Origin: a virus
Direction: 5' to 3' (one strand)
DNA: 64,000 nt
Virus record (IMG/VR): IMGVR_UViG_3300028027_000054
Location: 1 to 64,000 of that record
Every line of letters begins with the position of its first letter. Position 1 is the stretch's first letter. Shown here piece after piece: positions 1 through 9,600 of this stretch. A program made the position numbers and the translations under genes. The notes below the pieces were generated by a model that did not search any database, was not told where the DNA came from, and saw nothing but the letters and a program-made list of their open reading frames with translations.

Positions 1-2
1 CC

Positions 3-632
3 CAGGTAAAGGGAGTAAGGCAAGATGCTTTACTCACCGATAGGGTCATATACTCATTTGTCAACAAGCACGCCAAGTGGCTGATGAAACGTGAGGACTC
101 CCGCAATAAGCTGATGGCTTATTCAGGTGTCCTGCAGGTACTGGACTTTGTAGAGTTGATAGATGTAGATAAGGTGGATGCCTGTTGCACGGGTTTATCA
201 TCTGGTACTACGATCAAACGGACCAAGAAAAAGATGCCCTTGTTTATGCAAGGCTACTGGGGACCGCTGATCCGCACCATCTCTTCTTTAGATGGCACAG
301 ACGAATTACAACCTACCGTACCGAGTTCATACCTGTCTATGAGCAGAAGCAAGAACTTTAGGTTTAACAGCACAAAATACTACTGGTACTTAAATGATTA
401 TATCTACTTCCCCAACCTGGAATGGGAAGCGGTACGTATAGAAGGAATCTTTGAGGACGACATATCGGATTTTACCTGTGAAGAAGACAGCTGCAGGATT
501 CGTTCTGATCAGTCATTCAATGTCCCAGACTATTTACTTGGGGAATTGGAAGCAAAGGTGTTTCAGGATCTTGCTGGTATGATGCAACTGCCTCCTGATC
601 TCCCCAATGACAAACAAAACTTAGCCCGTTAA
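3..632 (+). CDS. tail ring/adaptor protein, crAss-like (5'-truncated by the window edge)
   Basis: The frame of ORF 84..632 stays open back to position 3 (QVKGVRQDALLTDRVIYSFVNKHAKWLMKRE), so the gene starts before the window. Its size and position upstream of the large tail protein match crAss-like ring proteins. Confidence 0.55.
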   Translation, partial: QVKGVRQDALLTDRVIYSFVNKHAKWLMKREDSRNKLMAYSGVLQVLDFVELIDVDKVDACCTGLSSGTTIKRTKKKMPLFMQGYWGPLIRTISSLDGTDELQPTVPSSYLSMSRSKNFRFNSTKYYWYLNDYIYFPNLEWEAVRIEGIFEDDISDFTCEEDSCRIRSDQSFNVPDYLLGELEAKVFQDLAGMMQLPPDLPNDKQNLAR

Positions 633-637
633 CCACC

Positions 638-1498
638 ATGAAAACAGAACCTAAATATAGAACGTTTGATGAGCTGGTCTACGAGGTTGCCGCTGACTTT
701 GTGCAGTACAACAACGAGGGCATGATTGAACCGGGTCAGCTGATCAAGGTAGCCCAGCGTGTCAGTTACGACCTGGGCTTAAGGATACACGGTACTAAAG
801 AAGTACTCCTGGATGTTCAGAACAAAAAGATCAGACTCCCGGACGATTTCTACGTCATGAACTTTGCCTACCTGTGTGGTAAATACAAAGTGGTAGACCG
901 TGCTTTAATGGGAAGACAAACAGAAAATGTTGTACTCAACACGGCGGCCTGTACCTCTTGTGGTAACCTGGATGAGCATTGCATTTGTCAGAAGACCTAC
1001 ACAGTAGAATGTAAGACCGGTGAAAACATCCATGTGCAGGTAGTAGAAAAACGTGTAGATGAGGTGAGGGTGTATGATCAATTTGAAAGACTCATGATCT
1101 CCAGTATAAAGAACATGGGTTCTAATGACAGCGGTCTTGGTGGCTACATTAAGAATGGCTTTATATACACCAACCTGGAATCAGGCAGGGTGTTTATTAA
1201 CTACCAGGGAGCCCTGGAAGATGACAACGGAAACTTACTTGTACTGGATCATCCCATGATCAATGAGTACTATGAATATGCCCTGAAGCAACGCATCCTG
1301 GAAAACCTATTTATGAACGGTGAAGACGTAGCCCAGAAGATGCAGTTGGTTGAGCAAAGGTTAAGAGCAGCCCGCAATAATGCTCTCACTATTGTTAACA
1401 CCCCTGACTTTGCTGAAATGAAGCAGCTCTGGGAAACAAACCGTAAAGCTCAATATGGAAAATACTACAACATGTTCAAGTCCGGTTACGGATGGTAA
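638..1498 (+). CDS. tail tubular/ring protein, crAss-like
   Basis: 286 aa. LPDDF motif, C-terminal D-x-x-G-NLLVLDHP..EY.EYALK pattern and a Cys-rich insert (CTSC..HCIC). Syntenic with tail genes. Confidence 0.6.
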   Translation: MKTEPKYRTFDELVYEVAADFVQYNNEGMIEPGQLIKVAQRVSYDLGLRIHGTKEVLLDVQNKKIRLPDDFYVMNFAYLCGKYKVVDRALMGRQTENVVLNTAACTSCGNLDEHCICQKTYTVECKTGENIHVQVVEKRVDEVRVYDQFERLMISSIKNMGSNDSGLGGYIKNGFIYTNLESGRVFINYQGALEDDNGNLLVLDHPMINEYYEYALKQRILENLFMNGEDVAQKMQLVEQRLRAARNNALTIVNTPDFAEMKQLWETNRKAQYGKYYNMFKSGYGW

Positions 1499-1862
1499 GT
1501 TCAAGCGGGTATCTACCACGATGCGGTTTCCAACGTACAGTTGCAGACTTATCATCATGGTAGTGGATAACGTGAGAACAGAGGTGGATAAGCTGTACAA
1601 GAAGTATAACATAAACGATGAGTTTGGAGATGAGGCAGAAGGAGCTTTGGTGATGCCCAACATGGAAGCATACTACCTGCTCTTGGATAAGAGCTACCTC
1701 AGCCATAACACCATTGCACATGAGATCTTCCATGCTGCAGTGAGAATTACGGAAGATCGAGCTATAACGGATGAAGAGGCCCAGGCATGGATGGCAGGAC
1801 ATATTACAGAAACACTGTATAAATTTTTAGACAAGAAGAAGCTACAAGTAAAACATGGCTGA
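1455..1862 (+). CDS. small zincin-like metallopeptidase
   Basis: HEIFH (HExxH) followed by a downstream EEAQAW Glu. The start could instead be ATG 1521. Overlaps the next gene by 8 nt. Confidence 0.65.
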   Translation: MENTTTCSSPVTDGKFKRVSTTMRFPTYSCRLIIMVVDNVRTEVDKLYKKYNINDEFGDEAEGALVMPNMEAYYLLLDKSYLSHNTIAHEIFHAAVRITEDRAITDEEAQAWMAGHITETLYKFLDKKKLQVKHG

Positions 1863-4800
1863 ACAATCACAGAACCCCGGAGCTATTACTAATTCTTTTA
1901 CAAAAGGAATGAGTAAGGATCTTAATGAAACTTTCCAGCCGGAAGGTATGTGGAGCCATGCTCGTAATGCAGTGAACAACTCTCATGACGGGCAGATGGG
2001 TGTCATTGGTAACGAACCAGCCAACCTGAAATGTATCCAGCTTCCCTATACACTCATAGGTGCCATTCATCTTTCTGATGACCAGTGGGCCCTGTTTACT
2101 ACAGATGATGTGAACTCAGAGATCGGCATCTTTGACGAGAGCCAGTGTCTGTACACTAAGGTGGTTAATGCAGCTTGTCTGAATTTTAAAAAGTCTAACC
2201 TGATCACAGGTGTCTTCAGAAAAAGGTTTGACTGTGAACATCTCGTATACTGGGATGATGGATTGAACCCTTCCAGGTTTATTAACGTCAACGAACCTCC
2301 TTTTATATATACAGACAAAGTTGTAGACAGCTGTATCCAGCGTACATACACCGGTGAGTTAGATTGTGAAAAGATCAGGCTTGCCCCGCTGATGACCCAA
2401 CCTTGTCTTATTCTAAGCCAGGGTCAGGGAGCAGGTACGCTCCCCAATGGGTCCTACCAAGTGGTAATTGCCTATACTATCAACCAGGTAAAAGTAAGTG
2501 ATTATATCGGTCTGTCTAATGTACAGAGTTTATTTACTCACCAGAACGTAAGCAGTTCTTTAGAACTTAAAATAGAGGTTATTGACAAAGACTTTGATGA
2601 GTTTGAACTGGTTGTAATATCTACTGTTAATCAGCAAACTGTCGTCAAGAAACTGGGGTATTATTCTACTACCATCAGTACGATCTATATTGATACCATT
2701 TCTCCGGAGCTGGTGTCTATTCCCATTAGCCAGGTGCCGCTGAGAAACGAGGCAGTGGAAAAGAGTGATGCCATCTTTAATGTAAACAACTACATGCTGA
2801 GGGTGGGTACTTATTCCAAGTATCAGTTTAACTATCAGCTCCAGGCCAATAAGATTGAAACCAAGTGGACAGCTGTGCAGTATCCTGCCAACTATTACTA
2901 CAAGGGTGGAAACAATGCAGGTTATCTCAGAGACGAGCAGTATTCATTCTTTATCCGCTGGATCTACAATACCGGTGAACGTTCTGCGTCATTTCATATT
3001 CCCGGACGTACGGCTACCCTTGATGAAACCATCAACGTTATAGGCGGGGATGCTTTTGAAACCAAGGATGCAGACAACTTTCAGACCAGGCAATACTGGC
3101 AGGTTCAGAATACCGGCCAGATAGATAGCTTAGCATCCAGGACCATTGAAGACGGAGGTCTTGCTGTGGCGTCTGGTAAGATGGCCTATTGGGAATCTAC
3201 AGAGCGTTATCCAGCAGACCGCCCTGATATCTGGGGTGATCTCTGTGGCAAGCCGATCAGGCATCATAAGTTCCCGGATGAAACCGTAGATCCCTTGCTC
3301 AGTCATTTCAATGATGAGGGAGAAAAAATAGTTATCCTGGGTGTGTCTTTTGAGAACATCACCCACCCCCTGGGACTTGACGGAAAACCTCTGGCCGACA
3401 TTACAGGCTATGAGATCCTGCGTGGATCCAGGGAAGGTCAGAAAAGCATTGTTGCTAAGGGTATGTTCAATAACATGAGGGAGTATGACATCCCGGGAAC
3501 ACCTGTTAAAGGACTGTACCAGAACTATCCCTACAATGACCTGAGAAACGATTACTATTTTACTACAGATCCTACTATTCTAGATAATAAACTATCTAGC
3601 ACTGTTCCTCCCGTAGAAGATGATTTTGATATTGCTGACGTAGATGATGATAATCCGGATAATGACGACGATGATGATGAAAACAGCAGTAAAAAAGAAC
3701 GCCGGGAAGAAAGAAAACAGCGTAGAAAAGATAGAAGAGAAACTAAGAAGAAGTTAAAGGATATGAGAAAACGCCTGAAAGAAGGTGATACCGGTGCAGG
3801 CAGTGTCAATCTTTCTTTCCCGCTTACAGACTACCGTCGTGATTATCTTTCCTTTCATAGTCCGGATACATCATTTACTCGTCCATATCTTGGCATTAGT
3901 GAAATAAAGATATACCAGGAGCTTTATGGTGAAAGCAAAGGTAGGTTTACTCATCCCTACAAACACCCTAAGTTTAAGACACTAACTAACTTTTCTGCTG
4001 TATTTGCTAGTATTATAGGAACTATAGCGGCTATAGGTAATGTACTTACGCTTGTAGCGGGGGACGCAAATGTTACTTTACAAGGAACTGAAAAACTACC
4101 ATATAGTAAAAAGGTGTTTTTAAGTAAGATGCCGCCTACAACTACATCTGCTTCAGTATTGGGTAGTGGAATAACTATTCCTGATCCTATTGTTACTGTT
4201 ACAAATGCTATTGTCGGTGCGTATAACGCTACTATGGCAGTGGCACTCACTGTAATAGAAAGTCAGGCTATTGGAGAGCAGATGATAAATATCATTTACG
4301 GTATGATTCCTAAGCGTCAAAATGCTTTGCAGTATGATTCTCATGGTTTCTATAATAAAACCAGGATCAACAATCAGGACAATCGTAGGTTCCGTGTAAA
4401 TGACGCTCTATATATAGATGACAATATTACGTCTTTTGATGTTAACTACAGCATCAACAACGTATACCGTTCACCTTTTGTAGCAGTTAAAATTGGTGAT
4501 AACGTAGACGATCCTGTTAATCAGGATAATTCTAGGTATAGAATTGGTAATCGTAATATTAATAGTATATATACCAGAAACATATCTGGCTACTACGGCT
4601 CACTAAAGGTAAGCATACCTTCTCAATATGGTCAGTTGGAAGGGATCAAACAAATGGTAGTGTCTGATTGTGTTCATGATGCTCTTACTCCTGATAAAAA
4701 ATACAGTACAGATGTACTCTTTGGAGGAGACACCTATATCAACAGGTTCACAGAAAAGAACTCTATGTTCTTCTTTAACTCCTGGCTGATGGGTGAGCCT

Positions 4801-6609
4801 GATGAAACAGAGTATGACTATCGTAACTATGTCAACATAGCTTATCCCAGATTCTGGATAGATTCAGAACGCCAGAGTTTTAAGCTTTTTAGCAATATGT
4901 CCAACTTCCGTCACCTGGACGAGCGGGACAGTTCCCTGTTTTTTGTCAGTAAGGGATACTTCTATTTGTTCAACTCCGGGGTGCGTGACTTCTTTGTAGA
5001 ATCAGAGATCAACCTGGCCTATAGAGACTGGGAAGATATTATTGAAAAGCGTCATTATGACCCATACAGGTTTACAGACTATAAACCATTGTTCCGTGCT
5101 GATATTATCAAAGAAGGAAACTACTATAAGTATGACTATTCTCTGAGCGTGTCTAAGCTTTTCAACAACTCATTATCTTGGGGTACATTGTTTCCAAGGG
5201 ATTATGATCCTACGGCTGCTAAAAAATGCTACACCTACAACCCAAATAAAGTGATCTACTCTCTTCCACAAGAGATGGAGCTGAAGAAAGACAACTGGAG
5301 AATATTCCTGGCCAACAACTACAAGAACTTTAACTCGCGTGTAACGTCTATCAAACCCATTAATAAAACCGGTGCGTTGTTTATGATGGGTTACCAGAGT
5401 CCGTTACAGTTCATGGGTGTGGACCAGCTTCAGACAGATGCCGGTACAAAGATTACCTTGGGAGACGGTGGGTTGTTCAATCAACCACTGCAGAGCATCA
5501 GCAATGCAGATGAATCTTATGAATACGGCTCATCTCAAAACAGACTGGCAGTAGCCGGTACCCCTTATGGTGTATTCTGGGTAAGCCAGAACCAGGGTAA
5601 GGTGTTCAACTATGCAGGTGGTTTAAATGAACTGTCCAGGGATGGTATGAAATGGTGGTTTGCCAACTACTTACCTAGTGAACTATTAAAAGTATTCCCA
5701 ACCTACCCGTTGTATGACAACCCGGTGAAAGGTGTAGGAGTACAGATGATCTATGATAATACACACGAGATACTATACATTACAAAAAAAGATTACAAGC
5801 CTGTATTTACGGACCTCATATTGGATGGTGAACGTTTCTACAGGATGGTCAACGGGGTCAAGGCCTATTATGACCTTAACAGTGCAGCTTTTGAAGACGC
5901 TTCTTGGACTATAAGTTATGATCCTAAAAACAAAATGTGGCTGTCTTTCCATGACTGGAAACCCACGTATCTGATCCCTGGCCGCCAGCACTTCATGAGT
6001 GTGGATGTGAATTCTATTTGGAAGCACAATGTCCGCTGTGATCAGTTCTGTAACTTCTATGGTAAAGACTATCCTTTTGAGGTGGAGTTTGTATCTGCCA
6101 CTGGTCAGACGGTAAGTACTGTAAGAAACATCGAGTATCTGTTGGAAACATATTCCTACTACAACAACTGCAGGGACAAGTTTCATATCCTGGACCAGAA
6201 CTTTGACCAGGCCATGGTGTACAACTCAGAACAGATCTCTGGTTTACTGGAGCTGGAACTGAAGAGTAAGACCAACCCCCTCACATTGCTTACGTATCCC
6301 CAGGTAAGAACACAGTCTATCGGTATCAACTTCTCTAAAGAAGAGAACAAATACAGGTTTAACCAGTTCTGGGATCTTACCAAAGACCGTGGTGAGTTCA
6401 GTGGTGTACAGACACCTATGTTTATCACCAAGGCCAATGGATATGAATACCCGATCAACCCGGCTTATGTGAACTACCAGAAGGCTCTTTTAGAAAGAAA
6501 GAAGTTCCGTCACAACGTGAATAAGGTGATGCTGAGAAAGTTCAAGAGCGGTAATGTCAAGTTCCTTTTCAAACTCTCTAACCAGAAAATACAACCCTCT
6601 TTCAGATAA
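1855..6609 (+). CDS. tail stabilisation/muzzle protein (P22 gp10-like position in crAss-like phages)
   Basis: 1584 aa, beta-rich. N-terminal F.KGM.KD...A.N motif, internal FGGDTYINRF and WTISY...WLSFHDW motifs. Lies between the ring genes and the cargo genes. Confidence 0.7.
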   Translation: MAEQSQNPGAITNSFTKGMSKDLNETFQPEGMWSHARNAVNNSHDGQMGVIGNEPANLKCIQLPYTLIGAIHLSDDQWALFTTDDVNSEIGIFDESQCLYTKVVNAACLNFKKSNLITGVFRKRFDCEHLVYWDDGLNPSRFINVNEPPFIYTDKVVDSCIQRTYTGELDCEKIRLAPLMTQPCLILSQGQGAGTLPNGSYQVVIAYTINQVKVSDYIGLSNVQSLFTHQNVSSSLELKIEVIDKDFDEFELVVISTVNQQTVVKKLGYYSTTISTIYIDTISPELVSIPISQVPLRNEAVEKSDAIFNVNNYMLRVGTYSKYQFNYQLQANKIETKWTAVQYPANYYYKGGNNAGYLRDEQYSFFIRWIYNTGERSASFHIPGRTATLDETINVIGGDAFETKDADNFQTRQYWQVQNTGQIDSLASRTIEDGGLAVASGKMAYWESTERYPADRPDIWGDLCGKPIRHHKFPDETVDPLLSHFNDEGEKIVILGVSFENITHPLGLDGKPLADITGYEILRGSREGQKSIVAKGMFNNMREYDIPGTPVKGLYQNYPYNDLRNDYYFTTDPTILDNKLSSTVPPVEDDFDIADVDDDNPDNDDDDDENSSKKERREERKQRRKDRRETKKKLKDMRKRLKEGDTGAGSVNLSFPLTDYRRDYLSFHSPDTSFTRPYLGISEIKIYQELYGESKGRFTHPYKHPKFKTLTNFSAVFASIIGTIAAIGNVLTLVAGDANVTLQGTEKLPYSKKVFLSKMPPTTTSASVLGSGITIPDPIVTVTNAIVGAYNATMAVALTVIESQAIGEQMINIIYGMIPKRQNALQYDSHGFYNKTRINNQDNRRFRVNDALYIDDNITSFDVNYSINNVYRSPFVAVKIGDNVDDPVNQDNSRYRIGNRNINSIYTRNISGYYGSLKVSIPSQYGQLEGIKQMVVSDCVHDALTPDKKYSTDVLFGGDTYINRFTEKNSMFFFNSWLMGEPDETEYDYRNYVNIAYPRFWIDSERQSFKLFSNMSNFRHLDERDSSLFFVSKGYFYLFNSGVRDFFVESEINLAYRDWEDIIEKRHYDPYRFTDYKPLFRADIIKEGNYYKYDYSLSVSKLFNNSLSWGTLFPRDYDPTAAKKCYTYNPNKVIYSLPQEMELKKDNWRIFLANNYKNFNSRVTSIKPINKTGALFMMGYQSPLQFMGVDQLQTDAGTKITLGDGGLFNQPLQSISNADESYEYGSSQNRLAVAGTPYGVFWVSQNQGKVFNYAGGLNELSRDGMKWWFANYLPSELLKVFPTYPLYDNPVKGVGVQMIYDNTHEILYITKKDYKPVFTDLILDGERFYRMVNGVKAYYDLNSAAFEDASWTISYDPKNKMWLSFHDWKPTYLIPGRQHFMSVDVNSIWKHNVRCDQFCNFYGKDYPFEVEFVSATGQTVSTVRNIEYLLETYSYYNNCRDKFHILDQNFDQAMVYNSEQISGLLELELKSKTNPLTLLTYPQVRTQSIGINFSKEENKYRFNQFWDLTKDRGEFSGVQTPMFITKANGYEYPINPAYVNYQKALLERKKFRHNVNKVMLRKFKSGNVKFLFKLSNQKIQPSFR

Positions 6610-9600
6610 ATGAACAAGCTGCTACAACTGATGATGGATATGGGAAATGTTTCCCACAAGATGCTGCCCAAGTTTCAGTCTAAAGGGGAGGTGTCACCAA
6701 CATGGATGAAACAACTTCCGCCTGCTCTTAAGATAGGGCAGCGTGCAGCTACACCAGTGTACGATAACATATCTAATCTTGCTGCGTTAAAAGCACAAGC
6801 TGAAATGGACATTAAGGCCAAAAAGCAAGCTGCTATTAACGCAATGCGTTATAAACAAGGGCAGATTAAATCACTGCCAAAAGAAACTCTTTGGTCAAAT
6901 GTTCTAGATGGAGCATCTAAAGCTGTAGCTATTGCTGCTCATCCTGTAACTGCTGCTTCTTATACAGTAAAGGGACAACGCATACCTGATAACTTTCAAA
7001 GAGCTAATGTTAATAACTATGACTTGGGGCTAAGTATTCTAAACCCAGGATCTGTAGCTTATTCTGCTTCAGAAATACCCGGTAATATAGCAGACGGTGA
7101 TTATACAAGTGCTGCTTTTAATACAATGGGTACATTACCTGCGTTAGGACTGGCTCCTGCTTTGCTTAAAAAAACAAATCCTCTATTGTATAATGTTAGT
7201 AAACAACTTGCAAAAGAAGGAAATTATGGCAAGATGGCAGCTATCCATGCATTATCTGCAGTTGATGGTGCAGGACCTATGATAATGAAGACTCCAGGTC
7301 TTAAACAGTTATATAAAAAAGCTGCTTATAACGTTGCCTCTAAATCAGGTGGTGATCAATCTATAGAACCAACTAAAGTTTTTAAAAAAGTTTTTTTTCC
7401 AAAATCTCAGAGTTCATATGCAAATTATGCAGGTAGTACAAGCAGAGAAGCTGCTGAAAGAGATCTTGTTAGACAATATATATATGGTGATTCCCCAGGA
7501 TTTGAACAGATAGATATAAAACCATATGGACTAGAAAAATATGTAGACAGATATGGTGACATGAATGTCTATAAAATGAGATCCAAAGTACCACATGGTG
7601 AGGCTCTTGAACTAGATAAGAATTCTTCTTTTGCAGACGCATTTCAGGATGCGTTGAAAAAAAGTGGTGGTAATGATGCTGCTAAACAAAGAGGGTATGT
7701 TACTATGGCTCTTAATCAATTTGCTAACCCTGTATCACCCATTGATGATGTTGCTGGTCATACTGCACGTCTTTCAAAAACTTTACCTGATGGTTACAAG
7801 CTGACGTCTCAAGACATTTGGAAATTCCACCCGGATGATTATCTGCAAAAATGGGGTACTGGAGTTGATAGAGCAAGTCAGTCTATGAGACCTTCTGATT
7901 ATGTAACTTATTTACAAGCTAAACTTTTAGAAAGGGCGGGCAAGCCGTTTGTTTTAATGCAGGAAAATCCGTTAAAATGGATTGATAATGCACCTGTAGA
8001 AAATGTTAGAAAGATTGATCTGCCTAAAGATGTTTTTAAATCCTATTCAGCAGATGACCTGATTAACAATCCTAACTTAGATGAAAATGCATTACTTGAT
8101 AATCTAAATAGTATTGAACTATTTGATGCTGTTAAAGATAATAGCAATGGCATACTTAAACGTAAAATAAAAAAACAAGGTGGTCCTATCGTAGATCCCC
8201 GTGGTCAGTGGGCTCATCCTGGTCAGCGTACCATGGTACCTACTCCTACCGGACAGATCACCATGAAGGGAGTTCCTTATCCCGTATACGGACAAGATGA
8301 AACCGGGTATGGTCAGATGATGATGCCTGGTGGAGAGTACCGCTTTCCTGGTCAGATGGTAGATGAAATACCCATGATGCGTGGAGGTGGTGAAGAAGAT
8401 AATGAAGAGCCTACACTGATGCGTAACCGCCGTGTGGGTACTATTCGTAAACCCATTGCAAAGGTTAACCTTCGTCCTGTCTATGATATGAAAGCACCGG
8501 TTTGGGAAGACTGGTATGTAAAGAACTGTCCTGATGGAGTGGGTTGTTCTAAACAAGCCACTATAAGTGCACAGAAAATCACAGGACTCCCTTACAGTTC
8601 TTACGCACCAGCAGATGCCGGTTACCGGGATGCTGTAGCAGAACGATACGGTTTGACCAACGTGTTTGACCAGGAAGGTGACCAAAAAAGAAATGCCAAC
8701 AGTCGGGGTAAAGGTTGGAAGTATCCTAGCAGTCAAGACTTTAAAAACTGGAAAGCCGGTGACATTGTTACGTTAGATAAGGGAGATGATCTTTATTTTC
8801 CATACTCTGCCCCTGGAGGATTCTCTGAAAAAGATAACAGCAACCTTACCCACAACGGTATGGTGTACGGCTTTGATAAATCAGGAAGACCCATCATCAA
8901 GCACGGTTACCAAACAGGCAAGAACCGTGGCAGAGGTATTACAGAAGTATTGGGTGATGATGGCAGGGTGTCAAGTTTTGGCCACGGTAAATACGCCATC
9001 AAATCTGTATGGCGTCCCAAGGAAGTGAATGATGACAATACCATTAACACGGTGGTTGATGTGGTAGACGATGGACAGGCCAGGGCTACCCGTAAGAAAA
9101 ACACTACGTCCAACCAGTCTTTCTACGTTAAGGATGACTTCACTGATACAAACAGTCCTGCTGATTATTTCTCTGGTGCTGTGAACAGGTCTGAGACCAA
9201 GCAGCGACTTGTGGATATGTTCAACAATGAAAAGCTGGATAAAGAACTGCAGTATAAACTGGGCATGACTGCTGATGAGGTAGACAACATAAAACCTGTT
9301 ATCTACGGTGTATTTGGACAGGAGACAAACTTCAATGACGTTAACAATATGGGGGCTGCACCAAAAGAAATTCTGGGCAGTATTCTGGGTGTAGGATCCC
9401 GCGGCCCCGCACAGATCAAGCTTGATTCCTTAAGTAAGGATGAAAGAAAAATACTGGGCATTAAGAGGGCATCTGATCTGGAAAAAGATGACGTATCCTA
9501 CAAAGCTGCTATGCTGCTTCTTAACAATGCCAGGAAACGTATGAACATGGAAGTAGAGCAGGGTACGCACCCTGAGCTACAGAACGCTGACGAATACTTC

